Assembly: GCA_001776775.1 (NCBI GenBank)
Contig: MFDD01000002.1
Coordinates: 169,834 to 233,833, forward strand
Length of the DNA: 64,000 nucleotides
Reading direction: 5' to 3'
Source of the DNA: Candidatus Daviesbacteria bacterium RIFCSPHIGHO2_02_FULL_43_12
Lineage (GTDB): Bacteria > Patescibacteriota > Microgenomatia > Daviesbacterales > UBA10151
Part shown: in pieces, positions 30,177 to 40,430 of the stretch
How positions within the stretch are numbered: position 1 is the stretch's first letter
Layout: the number at the start of each line of letters is the position of its first letter
Made by a program: the position numbers and the translations under genes
Notes under the pieces: model-generated
The model's database searches: none
What the model was told of the DNA's origin: nothing
The model's input: the letters and a program-made list of their open reading frames with translations, nothing else

Positions 30177-31460
30177 TCAGGGTAAAAACGATTTAATTAA
30201 ATCACTTATTTTTTGGGTCACTGCCTTTATTGGCAAACCCTTGGTAAGAGACGGTAAACTCAGTTCCTTGTCGCCACTTCCTTGTCTAGTTCCATAGAGA
30301 ATCAATCCTGCAACATTTGAAAAAACTGGTGAATCTATTTCATCCGTTAAACCGATGAATCCATCGGCATGTCCAATACGAGCAGGAAAACCAAGGATAT
30401 ATTTCGCCTGCTCTAGCGCCCCTATAGTCATCGATCCACCTCCACAAAGCACTAAACCAGACGGAATCTGGGCTCCGAATCCGCTTTTCTTAATCTCTTT
30501 ACCCACAAATTTAAATATCTCCTGCAGACGGGGCCGGATAATGCTGTCTGTTACGGTTTTGCGGGATATTTTTTGGACGTCTTCGTTAATACCCAAAGCT
30601 TTAACATCGAGGATATCTTCATCTTTTCGCTTAGGCTCTTTTTCTCCTTCAGGAAGGGTAACCGCCTTTAAGGGTCTGCTCAACCATTGCTTAATCTTTT
30701 CAGCAGACTCCAAGGATATCCGCATCCCTACAGCTATGTCCGAGGTAACATGCCTCGCTCCTAGTGGAATAACGCTAGAATAAGCGATAGCACCATCTAC
30801 AAAAATCACAATATCCGTAGTCTCCCCCCCGATATCCACCACCACCACACCTAGTTCCTTTTCAGTTTCAGTCAGTACCGCCATGGCCGATGACATTCCT
30901 GAAAAAACAAGTTCTTGCACATCTATCTGTACAGAATTAACACATTTAATCAGGTTTCTCATCGATGTAGTAGCACCCGTTACTATATGGGTATCAGTTT
31001 CCAAGCGGACTCCAGTCATCCCGATTGGATCACGGATGCCTTCTTGACCATCTACTGTAAAAGTTCGCGGAATCACATGCAATATTTCACGAGACGAAGG
31101 CAAAGCGATAGCCTTAGCGGCATCATTTACCCTCAAGATGTCCCCTTCCCGAATCTCCCCCTCAGGCTGAGCCACGGCAACCACGGCATGAGAATTAACG
31201 CTTTCTATCTGCGGACCCCCCATAGAAACAAAAGCCCCGGAGATTGAACATCCCGCCATTCTTTCCGCACCCTCAATGCTCTCATTGATAGCGGTGACCG
31301 CCTCTTCGATATCAACAACTTGACCTTTTTTTACACCCCGAGAATTAGACGCAGCAACACCAATGAGATTTATTCGATCATCTTCTCCAATAGTCGCAAT
31401 TACTGTAGCAATTTTTGAGGAACCAACATCTATACCACAAACAATTTTATCTTTAGCCAT
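30177..31460 (-). CDS. ftsA: Cell division protein FtsA
   Basis: GIDVGSSKI, DIGGETT, LCGGGS; upstream of ftsZ. Confidence 0.97.
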   Translation of the reverse strand: MAKDKIVCGIDVGSSKIATVIATIGEDDRINLIGVAASNSRGVKKGQVVDIEEAVTAINESIEGAERMAGCSISGAFVSMGGPQIESVNSHAVVAVAQPEGEIREGDILRVNDAAKAIALPSSREILHVIPRTFTVDGQEGIRDPIGMTGVRLETDTHIVTGATTSMRNLIKCVNSVQIDVQELVFSGMSSAMAVLTETEKELGVVVVDIGGETTDIVIFVDGAIAYSSVIPLGARHVTSDIAVGMRISLESAEKIKQWLSRPLKAVTLPEGEKEPKRKDEDILDVKALGINEDVQKISRKTVTDSIIRPRLQEIFKFVGKEIKKSGFGAQIPSGLVLCGGGSMTIGALEQAKYILGFPARIGHADGFIGLTDEIDSPVFSNVAGLILYGTRQGSGDKELSLPSLTKGLPIKAVTQKISDLIKSFLP

Positions 31461-31474
31461 ACTAATTTTTTACT

Positions 31475-32371
31475 TCATTTCTTTTTTTCAAAAGTTACTA
31501 TCGGTTTATCAAAACGCAAATCAACGCTCTCAATTGATCGTAAATCTATTCTATTCCTTTGTAAGATTAGTTGTAAAGAGGCTAGTTCTTTTTGATTATC
31601 TCTGTCTAGTAAAAAAATAAAGATAGTTTTTTTAGTCAATTGGTTAGGAAGCGCTATTTCTAAAATTAAATACATTTCTTTAATTAACTTAATTTTAGTA
31701 ACTTTTGTCTCTAGTTCGTGTAGTCTTTCTAATATTATTTTGATATTTTTGATAATTCGCGCATCTATTTTTTGCCCAATATCAATTCCATCAATAAAAG
31801 CTGTGACTACCGGCAAATCAGAGACTGTTGCATCCTTAGAAAAAATTATTCCATTATCGTCAACAACAAAAGTTCCACTGGTTGTAGCATTCTCAAAAGT
31901 TAAATTAAGGGTTGGTATCAAATTAGCTGCAGCAGTGGCATCAACCTGTTTTCCCGAACTAGTACTTTCCCAGATCTTGAGTAGTCTGGCGGCTTTTTCA
32001 AAATCATCCGGGTCGGATAGAGCTTGGATTATAAGCGCTGGTCTTCTGGGTAATAAGGATAAGCTTAAAGTCTGTGGAAAAGTTCTAAAAATTTTAACAC
32101 TCTCGATACAGAGATATTTACTTACTAAAGTATTGCTAATTTTCTGTTTGTCCAAAAAAATCATTCCTTTTCCTAAAATAGGTAAAGTATCGAACACCTC
32201 TTGCTCATTAACGCATGCTTGTGTTTGGTTATCAATTTTTAATGTCTTTACGACAAGCAATTTGAAGGTCGCTAGAAAAGTCACACAAACTATAATCAGA
32301 CCAAAAATAGCACCTAACACAAAACGATTACGTTTTGAATGAAAGGTAGGCTTTGCTGATCTTCTATACAT
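31475..32371 (-). CDS. ftsQ: FtsQ/DivIB-like protein
   Basis: TM, POTRA-like region (RTFPQTL), C-terminal VDLRFDKP; lies between murG and ftsA. Confidence 0.75.
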   Translation of the reverse strand: MYRRSAKPTFHSKRNRFVLGAIFGLIIVCVTFLATFKLLVVKTLKIDNQTQACVNEQEVFDTLPILGKGMIFLDKQKISNTLVSKYLCIESVKIFRTFPQTLSLSLLPRRPALIIQALSDPDDFEKAARLLKIWESTSSGKQVDATAAANLIPTLNLTFENATTSGTFVVDDNGIIFSKDATVSDLPVVTAFIDGIDIGQKIDARIIKNIKIILERLHELETKVTKIKLIKEMYLILEIALPNQLTKKTIFIFLLDRDNQKELASLQLILQRNRIDLRSIESVDLRFDKPIVTFEKKK

Positions 32372-32373
32372 AA

Positions 32374-33489
32374 TTAGCTTACCAATATATAAATTTCTTG
32401 GATTAATCTTTTCTCGGCATTTTCTAACACAACTGATTTAGCACTGCTCGCTTTTTCGGCCAACATAGGTAAATTATTTTTCATCTCTATAATCTTTTCA
32501 TTTAAAGATTTTCCTGAGAGATCTTTTTCCTCAAGCACTTCTCCTGCTCCCTTGCTTTCAAAAAAGCGAGCATTTACTTTCTGCTCATCTTTATTTGCAG
32601 AAGGCAGTGGAATAATTAATGTCGGTAGCCCCACCCAAGCTATCTCTAGCAAAGTATTAATGCCCGCTCTCGAAATTCCCAGACTAGCGTGTTTGAGTAT
32701 ATATCCCATGTCCATTGCTTCAAAAAAACGACTGACTAAATAACGGTCATTGTCTTTAGCTAAATTTTCGGCGATGGAAAAATCATGGTACTTAGAATCT
32801 CCTGTTTGATGAATCACAAAAAAGTCCTTAGTCAAACTTGCAAGCTTTTCAAAGATAGAGCTGTTGATTGCATGTGATCCCTGATTCCCACCCGTTACAA
32901 AAAGAACTGGAGTATTATGTCTTTTTGCTTGCTCGAAAAAATTAGCTATCCTGATACTTGGCTTAGTAGTCGAAGTTAGAATCTCTGCTCTTAAGGGATT
33001 ACCTGTTACTAAGATTTTATTTCTGGGAAAATCGTAGGGGTTATCAAAGGAGACTGCAATTTTGGTAGCAAACCAGCTAGAGACGGTATTGGCGATACCG
33101 CTTACTAATGTCTGTTCATGAACAATAATCGGAATCGATAAAAGCCAAGCGGCAATTACCACTGGCACTCCAATATACCCACCAAAGGAGACTACTAGGT
33201 CGGGCTTTTCTCGGAGTAAAATTAAAAAGGCTTCCAAAAACCCCCAAGGGATTTTAAGAATTGACAGAATAGAAAATCTAGTAAAATGTCTTTGCCATCT
33301 GCCAGTATTTAGATTAATAAATTTAATGCCGAGTTTAGGAATTACCCCTGATTCCACAGAAGGAGTGGGGTCACCTTCCATCGTCCTATTTCTACCAATA
33401 TATACAACCTCAAAGTTATCTCTACTTAGAAGCTCCTTAATCACCGCTTGGGCTGGTGTAAAATGAGAGCCGGTAATAATAATTTTCAT
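32374..33489 (-). CDS. murG: Lipid II GlcNAc transferase MurG
   Basis: SFGGY, HEQ, TGNPLR, TGGNQGS, SRAG motifs; first G-loop shortened to TGSH. Confidence 0.9.
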   Translation of the reverse strand: MKIIITGSHFTPAQAVIKELLSRDNFEVVYIGRNRTMEGDPTPSVESGVIPKLGIKFINLNTGRWQRHFTRFSILSILKIPWGFLEAFLILLREKPDLVVSFGGYIGVPVVIAAWLLSIPIIVHEQTLVSGIANTVSSWFATKIAVSFDNPYDFPRNKILVTGNPLRAEILTSTTKPSIRIANFFEQAKRHNTPVLFVTGGNQGSHAINSSIFEKLASLTKDFFVIHQTGDSKYHDFSIAENLAKDNDRYLVSRFFEAMDMGYILKHASLGISRAGINTLLEIAWVGLPTLIIPLPSANKDEQKVNARFFESKGAGEVLEEKDLSGKSLNEKIIEMKNNLPMLAEKASSAKSVVLENAEKRLIQEIYILVS

Positions 33490-33547
33490 ACCAAGGTTAA
33501 TTGTACTTCGAAGCATTTAACCAGAGCAAGGCTTGGGCTGTTTTAGT

Positions 33548-34660
33548 TTAGGTCTTAAGCTTATCCGTTTTTTTAGATATATTAAGCAGTATCCCAATGG
33601 CACTCAGGTTAACAAGCAGAGCTGATCCACCATACGAGATAAAAGGCAGTGGTACACCGGTTAACGGGATCAGGGAAACCATCGCTGCCAAGTTAATCAC
33701 GGTCTGTAGTCCAAGCCAAGAAGTAATCCCAAAAGCGAGCAGTTTACTAAAGCGGTCAGGAGCATTTTCTGTTATCTTATATCCTCTGTAAATTAAGTAT
33801 CCAAACAAGGCAATTAGTGTCAGCGCTCCCATAAAACCTAGCTCTTCACCAATTACGGCAAAGATAGAATCTGTCGTGACCTCAGGAATATACTCAAATT
33901 TTTGTCTTGACTGTCCAAGACCCAGGCCAAACCACCCCCCAGAACCTAAGGCAATCAAAACTTGAGAAATATGATACGAAAAACCCTGAGGATCAGCAAA
34001 TGGATCCAAAAATGCCAGGATTCTTTGTTTTCGATAAGCAGAAGTAAACACAAAACTTATAAATCCCACTATCGTAAGCGGCACCAAAGCCAAAAAGTGA
34101 GACATGGGCCCTCCAGCTGCAAAGTACATACTTAGAGCAATCAGAAAATAAACAATTGCCGAACCCAAGTCCTTTTGGAATATTCCAAGAATAAAGGTTA
34201 CCGCGAGGGTAATAATAAAAAACGGTTTGGCATCTACCTTTTTCTCGAAAAAATATGCCAAAAAAACAACTGTGGTCATTTTGATAATCTCTGTTGGTTG
34301 AATTGTAAAACCAAATAGACGAAGCCATCGATGAGCCCCCCCACCGGTACTGCCAAGTCCTGGGATAAACACGGCAATAATTAAGATACAAGATATTATA
34401 AATAATAATCCGGATAATTTTTTTATTCGGGTAATATCAAAAACAGAAAAAAATATTAAGCATATAAATCCCAGAATTATCCATAATAACTGCTGCTTGA
34501 TATAAAAATATTTATCTCCATAATCTTTAAACGCTTGCACCACAGATGAGTCGTAAACCATAATCAGACCAAATAGCGAAAGTAGAGCAACAGTTGCTAG
34601 AAGCAATACATCTACTCTGGGATGTGTTTTTTGCTTACGAGGTGGATTTATTCGAAACAT
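33548..34660 (-). CDS. ftsW: Cell division protein FtsW (SEDS)
   Basis: IQPTE, QKDLGS, GLGQSRQK..YIPE..TDSIF, LPFISYGGS; start at MFRINP. Confidence 0.92.
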   Translation of the reverse strand: MFRINPPRKQKTHPRVDVLLLATVALLSLFGLIMVYDSSVVQAFKDYGDKYFYIKQQLLWIILGFICLIFFSVFDITRIKKLSGLLFIISCILIIAVFIPGLGSTGGGAHRWLRLFGFTIQPTEIIKMTTVVFLAYFFEKKVDAKPFFIITLAVTFILGIFQKDLGSAIVYFLIALSMYFAAGGPMSHFLALVPLTIVGFISFVFTSAYRKQRILAFLDPFADPQGFSYHISQVLIALGSGGWFGLGLGQSRQKFEYIPEVTTDSIFAVIGEELGFMGALTLIALFGYLIYRGYKITENAPDRFSKLLAFGITSWLGLQTVINLAAMVSLIPLTGVPLPFISYGGSALLVNLSAIGILLNISKKTDKLKT

Positions 34661-34662
34661 AA

Positions 34663-35673
34663 TTAATGAGACATGAAGGCAAGCCAGAGCCCAAGAATTG
34701 CAAAGATTATACCAGCCAACCAAAACCGTGTGACAATTTTTGGCTCCTCCCAACCTACATATTTAAAATACATATGGATTGGGGCCACCGGAATTAACTT
34801 CTTTTTTACTACTCTCTTGAAAAAGATCTGCAAGAGAGAAGAGACAACAATTACCACATATACTCCGCCAATCACCGCCAAGCCAATAATCTTACCGGTC
34901 AAAAGGCCAACCATGGCGAGAGCCGCCCCAAAACCGTATGCTCCAGCATCTCCCAAATAGATCCGGGCTGGAAAGACATTAAAATATAGATAAGCAATTA
35001 GTGCTCCAATCCATATTCCAACAAATATACCCAGTGTGACATCAAAGACAGAGTGAGCCAAAACTAAAAAAGCAAACAGACAAATCATCAAAAGACCGCT
35101 GGATAGACCGTCTAATCCGTCCGATATATTGTACGCATTGGAAAAAGACACGATCGCAAAAACTGCCAGTGGAATATACCACCAACCTAATATAATATTC
35201 CCAAAGATGGGAATAAAAATATTATCGAATCCAAGCAGAAAATATAACAGCAGCGAGGAGATCAGCGCAAAAATAATTTGATAAAGAAAAATATAACGGG
35301 ATCTTAAACCCTTATATTTTCCACTAAAATTTAGGAATATTTTTTTAACATCATCAATAAAACCAATCGCTCCAAAGGAAAGAAGAGTAAATAGCAATAT
35401 AAACAGTTCAGTTTTTATTAAATTCAATAAAAAAGCTGCCAGGGTACTTAGCACGGTAATTATCCCGATCAGTAAAATACCCCCTCCAACAGGAACGGCG
35501 ATGTCCTTTCCTGAAAGCAGCAGATTATGTATTGGGGTATCTGCTGACACGCTTTCTCGGACAGATCCCTTTAGTTGTTTATTTTTTAAAATAAAAAGAT
35601 AATCGATAAAAGGTATCAATAAAAAACTTGTGGTGAAAAAAGATATTAAAACCAGTCCAAGTAGTTGTACCAT
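34663..35673 (-). CDS. mraY: Phospho-MurNAc-pentapeptide transferase MraY (divergent)
   Basis: GFIDD, NAYNISDGLDGL, FNVFPARIYLGDAG; HHH loop reads APIHMYF. Confidence 0.88.
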   Translation of the reverse strand: MVQLLGLVLISFFTTSFLLIPFIDYLFILKNKQLKGSVRESVSADTPIHNLLLSGKDIAVPVGGGILLIGIITVLSTLAAFLLNLIKTELFILLFTLLSFGAIGFIDDVKKIFLNFSGKYKGLRSRYIFLYQIIFALISSLLLYFLLGFDNIFIPIFGNIILGWWYIPLAVFAIVSFSNAYNISDGLDGLSSGLLMICLFAFLVLAHSVFDVTLGIFVGIWIGALIAYLYFNVFPARIYLGDAGAYGFGAALAMVGLLTGKIIGLAVIGGVYVVIVVSSLLQIFFKRVVKKKLIPVAPIHMYFKYVGWEEPKIVTRFWLAGIIFAILGLWLAFMSH

Positions 35674-36879
35674 TTATTTTTTTAAACCTACCAGCCTACT
35701 GACAACCTCATCTAAACGATTTGCTCGTGCTCCCTTTACCAAGACTACATCACCTTTTGTTAAAACCTGGAGCAATTTATTAACTATCTCGGGATTTTTT
35801 AAGTTATATTCTAGCCTATCCTGATTCCATCCCAAGTTTAAGAGCTCCTCTGCGATATATTTGGTATCCCCAATCCCCAAAAAAACCAGATCAGGCTGCT
35901 CTTTCATAATTTTACGAGCGATTAAACGATGCAACTTTTCACTAAATTCTCCTAATTCCCTCATCTCTCCTATCACCGCAATCCTGCGGTGGGCCGATAC
36001 TCGACTCAAGGTATCCAAAGCTTCGTCAAGAGCTATAGGAGCAGCATTATAGGTATCATCGAGCACGATTGAGTTATTATACCCTTCTAGGGGTTGGAGC
36101 CGATGCTCGGGGGGGGCAATAGATTCAAGAGCCTTTTTAATCTTCATCAACGGAATTGAGGCTTCAAGTCCCAATGTAGCTGCTGCCAGTAGCGGATAAA
36201 CCTGGTGCAACCCTAAAAAATGTGATTTTATCTCGACACTTTCTACTCCGTAATTTAGGCCAAAACTTAGCTGGAAATTGGTGATTTTTATATCGCTCGC
36301 CCAGACATGACACTCTTTTGAGTTTGTTCCGAAATAGAGCACCTTAGCTTTTGTTGTCTCGGCCATCTTTTTCACCAATGGGTCATCAAAGTTTAAGATC
36401 GCCACACCAGCTGCTGGTAGTGACGCCACCAATTTCCCTTTTTCCGAAGCTATCTCTTCCACATCTCCCAAGAATTCACTATGAGCGTTAGCAATCCGGG
36501 TTACAATAGCCGTTTGAGGCTGAATTAAATGCAAATAGAAGTCCATTTCACCCTTATATTCGATGCCCATTTCTAAAACTATTTTTTCGATACCTGGCCT
36601 TACGCGGAGGATAGTCATTGGTAAATTAAAGATAGTATCCAGATTGGGCATCTCCGCATGAGTCTGCGCTGTACTGATGGTTTTATATTTTTGCATCAAA
36701 ACTGCCTGAGACGCAATGACAGTGGTTGTTTTACCAACAGACCCGGTTACTCCAATAAACTTAGATGAAGGAAGTAGTTTGCCATACTGGCGAGCTAAAA
36801 AGATTCGCAACAGGTGGCCTCTTTTCTTAAACGGATTTATCCCCCTCCAGATGGGATGGCTATTTATATCGATCATCAA
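35674..36879 (-). CDS. murF: MurF-like Mur ligase
   Basis: VTGSVGKTTT, DDTYNAAP, GEMRELG, VLVKGAR; short N-terminus. Confidence 0.85.
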   Translation of the reverse strand: MMIDINSHPIWRGINPFKKRGHLLRIFLARQYGKLLPSSKFIGVTGSVGKTTTVIASQAVLMQKYKTISTAQTHAEMPNLDTIFNLPMTILRVRPGIEKIVLEMGIEYKGEMDFYLHLIQPQTAIVTRIANAHSEFLGDVEEIASEKGKLVASLPAAGVAILNFDDPLVKKMAETTKAKVLYFGTNSKECHVWASDIKITNFQLSFGLNYGVESVEIKSHFLGLHQVYPLLAAATLGLEASIPLMKIKKALESIAPPEHRLQPLEGYNNSIVLDDTYNAAPIALDEALDTLSRVSAHRRIAVIGEMRELGEFSEKLHRLIARKIMKEQPDLVFLGIGDTKYIAEELLNLGWNQDRLEYNLKNPEIVNKLLQVLTKGDVVLVKGARANRLDEVVSRLVGLKK

Positions 36880-36908
36880 TGGTAATTATATAGCTTTGAT
36901 TACTGAAA

Positions 36909-37505
36909 TTATACCGCTGATTTGAAGTTCATTACTACAGATAGAACAATATGCTTATTGCGTAGCTCTGCAGGCGATATCTCTTGGTGTCCTTTATCCC
37001 ATATTTTTATCTTCTCACATTTTTCTAACATCCGAGGATCAACTAATAAACTACCTCCGATTGTGCCATTTAAAGAACTTTGCCAAACGGGTACAGCCAA
37101 ACCTTGTTTGTTTAAATATTCATTTAAAATCGACACGCTAACCCCTGAATCAATCTCAACCTTGGCTTCATCTACTCCCACAACCTGCTTGCCGACAGGT
37201 AAGTTACCTTTGTCTATCTTTCCTTTGATACCCACAATTCTTAGACCAGCTGCTCTATTTCTAATAACTAATTTTCGTATTTTTTCTTTATCAAAAATAA
37301 TTTTTGTACCATTTCCGAAGACAAGAAATGCGATTTTTAATTTAGAACATAGTTCTAAAATTTTTTCTAGTTCCCGCCTATTGGTAGCAATATAAAAAAA
37401 CTGAGCGACTATCTTATCTTTTCGAAAAAGATAGTACTCTAATGGTTCGTTATATTTAACCCGATGTGCGCCTAGTTCTTTTATCAATAAATCAATATTA
37501 TCCAT
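36909..37505 (-). CDS. Truncated MurB-like FAD-binding protein
   Basis: NEPL, FGNGTKI, GTIGGSL resemble the MurB FAD domain; only 198 aa, no C-terminal domain; dcw position. Confidence 0.6.
   Translation of the reverse strand: MDNIDLLIKELGAHRVKYNEPLEYYLFRKDKIVAQFFYIATNRRELEKILELCSKLKIAFLVFGNGTKIIFDKEKIRKLVIRNRAAGLRIVGIKGKIDKGNLPVGKQVVGVDEAKVEIDSGVSVSILNEYLNKQGLAVPVWQSSLNGTIGGSLLVDPRMLEKCEKIKIWDKGHQEISPAELRNKHIVLSVVMNFKSAV
37182..37205. repeat. In-frame 24-nt imperfect palindrome (CCTGCCTGCCGGCAGGCAGG-like) encoding NLPVGKQV
   Basis: AACCTGCTTGCCGACAGGTAAGTT; 16/20 match to the perfect palindrome. Confidence 0.55.
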
Positions 37506-37509
37506 CTAA

Positions 37510-39252
37510 TTACTCCGTTGGAGCCAGACCATAATAGTTAAAAACTTCCTTAGCAATATTAAAAAATGTTGGAGCTGCAGTTTCTGCACCATAAATAGAA
37601 CTCGATGGCTGGTCGTATCTTACCAGCATAATAAATTTTGGATTATCTGCCGGGGCAAAACCGATAAATGAAGCAATTGTCTTAGATGCATCGTAGTGAC
37701 CAGCAACTGGGATTTGGGCAGTTCCAGTTTTACCGGCAACCTTGAATCCTTTTGGTTTAAAAAATTTAGCTTCTCCTTCTTCAACAGCTTTTACCATCAT
37801 TTCAGTTACCAGTTTAGCTGTCTGCTCTGAAATGGGCCGTGAAACCTCCCGAGGATTAATGACCGTGACTTTTTCTCCGTCTGCAATAGTATGCACGACA
37901 TGCGGTTCCATCATCACTCCATTATTGGCAATAGCCGCAACCGCCCTGACCAACTGCAAGGCTGTCGAAGAAATCCCCTGACCAAAGGAAGCAGTGGCTA
38001 GATCTATTTCCTTCCAACTAGGCAGAGGGCGAAGCTGGGGAGTTTGTTCGTCCTGCAGATCAATTCCTGTTAGTTCTCCAAAGCCGAATTTTTGAATATA
38101 TGCAAAAAGTTTATCTGCTCCTAGTTTTTTTGCTACAAAAACCATGCCTGTATTATCTGAGTGGATAATCGCATCGGTCATACTCAAATTAGCTGAATAT
38201 TTATTGTTCCAAGTGCGGATTATGTAACCTCCGATGCTTAGTGGCCCCCCACATCTGTCGCAGGAGGTCTCGGGCTGTACCAAATCTTCATTAATCCCTG
38301 CCGCCATAACCAAAACTTTAAAGGTTGATCCGGGTTCATACGAATCTACTGTAATAGGATTTCTGAAAAACTCTTTGGAAAAATCTGCTGGGGCAGCCGG
38401 ATCATAATTAGGAAAAGAAGCCAGTGCTAAAACATTCCCCGTCTTTGGGTCCATCACAATAGCCGAGGCACTCTTAGCACCGTACTTTTCTTTTCCTAGA
38501 CGCAAATTTTCTTCGACAATATGCTGAATAGTCCGGTCAACATTTAGCAAAAGCGTCTTACCTGGTTTAGCATCTTTTATTTTATATGTCCCAATCAGAA
38601 TAGGTAGTCCCTGGGCATCCTTGTCCTGAGTCAGTAGTCCATTTTTCCCTTTTAACTCTCCATTATAAAATCCTTCTAACCCAAAATATCCTGCCTCCGA
38701 ACCATACGCATCGCTGCTGATAAACCCCAGTAAATGAGCAGACGTTGAACCTTCAGGATAAAATCTAGTCAAATAAGTATCAAAGCCAATACCAAAAAAG
38801 TTCTCTTTTTCTATTCTTTGTTTCGTGTCCATAGATACTTTAATCCCCAAGCTGACCCAAAAAAGATCTTTCTGTAACCTACTATTTATATCTTCTTCTA
38901 TTCTGGCTTGCTGTTGGGTTACCTGAATCTCTTTTTTTGCAGGATCAACATCTAGCTCGTCATGTCTCCTATCCTCCCAAAAAAGCAATGCCAATTTCCT
39001 AGCTACCTCACCTTTATTTTTAATTAGTTTAGGTTGAGCAAAAACTAGAAAGGTTGGTTCTGTAGAGGCCAGCAAGGATCCATCACTAAAATAGATCTGC
39101 CCTCTGGGTGCCAAGAGGGTCTGAGAGGATACTCGCTGCTGCTCTGCCCGAGCGGTTAATGTATCAGAACTTAAGATCTGCCAGTACCACAACCGAAAAA
39201 CAATCATGATCAGGCCTAGATAAAGTAAAGATGGTACTATCCTAAAGCGCAT
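37510..39252 (-). CDS. ftsI: Class B penicillin-binding protein (FtsI-like)
   Basis: RFYPEG, EPGSTFK (SxxK), SDN, KTGTAQ motifs. Confidence 0.9.
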   Translation of the reverse strand: MRFRIVPSLLYLGLIMIVFRLWYWQILSSDTLTARAEQQRVSSQTLLAPRGQIYFSDGSLLASTEPTFLVFAQPKLIKNKGEVARKLALLFWEDRRHDELDVDPAKKEIQVTQQQARIEEDINSRLQKDLFWVSLGIKVSMDTKQRIEKENFFGIGFDTYLTRFYPEGSTSAHLLGFISSDAYGSEAGYFGLEGFYNGELKGKNGLLTQDKDAQGLPILIGTYKIKDAKPGKTLLLNVDRTIQHIVEENLRLGKEKYGAKSASAIVMDPKTGNVLALASFPNYDPAAPADFSKEFFRNPITVDSYEPGSTFKVLVMAAGINEDLVQPETSCDRCGGPLSIGGYIIRTWNNKYSANLSMTDAIIHSDNTGMVFVAKKLGADKLFAYIQKFGFGELTGIDLQDEQTPQLRPLPSWKEIDLATASFGQGISSTALQLVRAVAAIANNGVMMEPHVVHTIADGEKVTVINPREVSRPISEQTAKLVTEMMVKAVEEGEAKFFKPKGFKVAGKTGTAQIPVAGHYDASKTIASFIGFAPADNPKFIMLVRYDQPSSSIYGAETAAPTFFNIAKEVFNYYGLAPTE

Positions 39253-39256
39253 GAAA

Positions 39257-39577
39257 CTATTTAGCAGATGCTACATCACTTGGCTTGAAGTAGTCAACAA
39301 GATGAACTGCCCGAAATCCTAACAGTAAGGAGCGATTTTGAATCTCACGCAGGGATGATAATGAAGCAATCCTATTTTGCAAAATTTGATTCTCAAGCTG
39401 CAAATCATTGGATGTTTTCTCGAAGCGAGTTATCTGTTCTCCAAAGGTAGACAAACGGTTTAGAGCCCATATTTCGACCACCACCAGCAGCAAAAAAGCC
39501 ATTATCCCTAAGGTAAGCATTTTTTTACGCAACTGTCTATTAACGATCAGATTTTTTAAATTTTTCATTTTTCTCAA
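39257..39577 (-). CDS. ftsL: FtsL-like septum protein
   Basis: Single TM plus coiled coil, between rsmH and ftsI. Confidence 0.6.
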   Translation of the reverse strand: MRKMKNLKNLIVNRQLRKKMLTLGIMAFLLLVVVEIWALNRLSTFGEQITRFEKTSNDLQLENQILQNRIASLSSLREIQNRSLLLGFRAVHLVDYFKPSDVASAK

Positions 39578-40430
39578 AGATTCTCATTTTCGCACTCCTG
39601 GAACGTGGGTTTTTCATTATCTCTGCAACCTCCGGGGTTATTGGTTTTTCGGTAATAACCACTCCCTTGCCCTCTTTCTCAAACTCTTTAAAACTCTCTT
39701 TAGCTATCCTATCCTCCAAAGAATGAAAAGAGACTACAACTATTCTTCCTCCATCTTCTAGCAGCTCTACAGCCTTGGGCAAACTAGTCCTCAAGCTATT
39801 TAATTCATCATTTACCGCAATACGCAGCGCCTGAAATATCAGGGTAGCCGGATGAATTTTATCCTTCCCTCTGCCCACAGCTCTTTCCACAATACCCGCT
39901 AGTTCCGTCGTGGTCTCGATAGCTTTGAGCTTTCGACTTTCAATAATAGCCTTCAGCGCTTTCTTATTGACAAACTCACCGTAGGTCGCAAATAACTTTT
40001 CCAGCTCTCCTTTATTTAATCCATTGATCAGATCAGCTGCCCGAACCGAAAGATTCATATCCATTCTCATATCCAGCGGGGCATCCCGAGAAAAAGAAAA
40101 GCCTCTCTCGCCATCTTCTAACTGATTACTGGATACCCCCAAATCATAAACAAATCCCGCAACAGGTTGATCTATTAAATTATCCAGCTCGGCAAAATTT
40201 CCTTGCTTAATCACTACTTTACTTGAGAGACCTAAAGCTCCTAGCCTCTCTTTCGCTCTTTTAATTGATTCAGTGTCCTGATCTAACCCAAAGATTTGCC
40301 CCCCACGTCTTACTATCTCAACTGTATATCCTCCATCTCCCAAGGTGCAATCGACATAATACTTATTTTTTTCAATCTGCAATGCGTCAATTGCTTCGCT
40401 TAGCAAGACACTGGTATGAACTTTATCCAT
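39540..40430 (-). CDS. rsmH: 16S rRNA m4C1402 methyltransferase RsmH
   Basis: HTSVLL, DLGVSS, PLDMRM, FQALRIAVNDEL, SFHSLEDR, NPRSRSAKMR. Confidence 0.97.
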   Translation of the reverse strand: MDKVHTSVLLSEAIDALQIEKNKYYVDCTLGDGGYTVEIVRRGGQIFGLDQDTESIKRAKERLGALGLSSKVVIKQGNFAELDNLIDQPVAGFVYDLGVSSNQLEDGERGFSFSRDAPLDMRMDMNLSVRAADLINGLNKGELEKLFATYGEFVNKKALKAIIESRKLKAIETTTELAGIVERAVGRGKDKIHPATLIFQALRIAVNDELNSLRTSLPKAVELLEDGGRIVVVSFHSLEDRIAKESFKEFEKEGKGVVITEKPITPEVAEIMKNPRSRSAKMRIFEKNEKFKKSDR

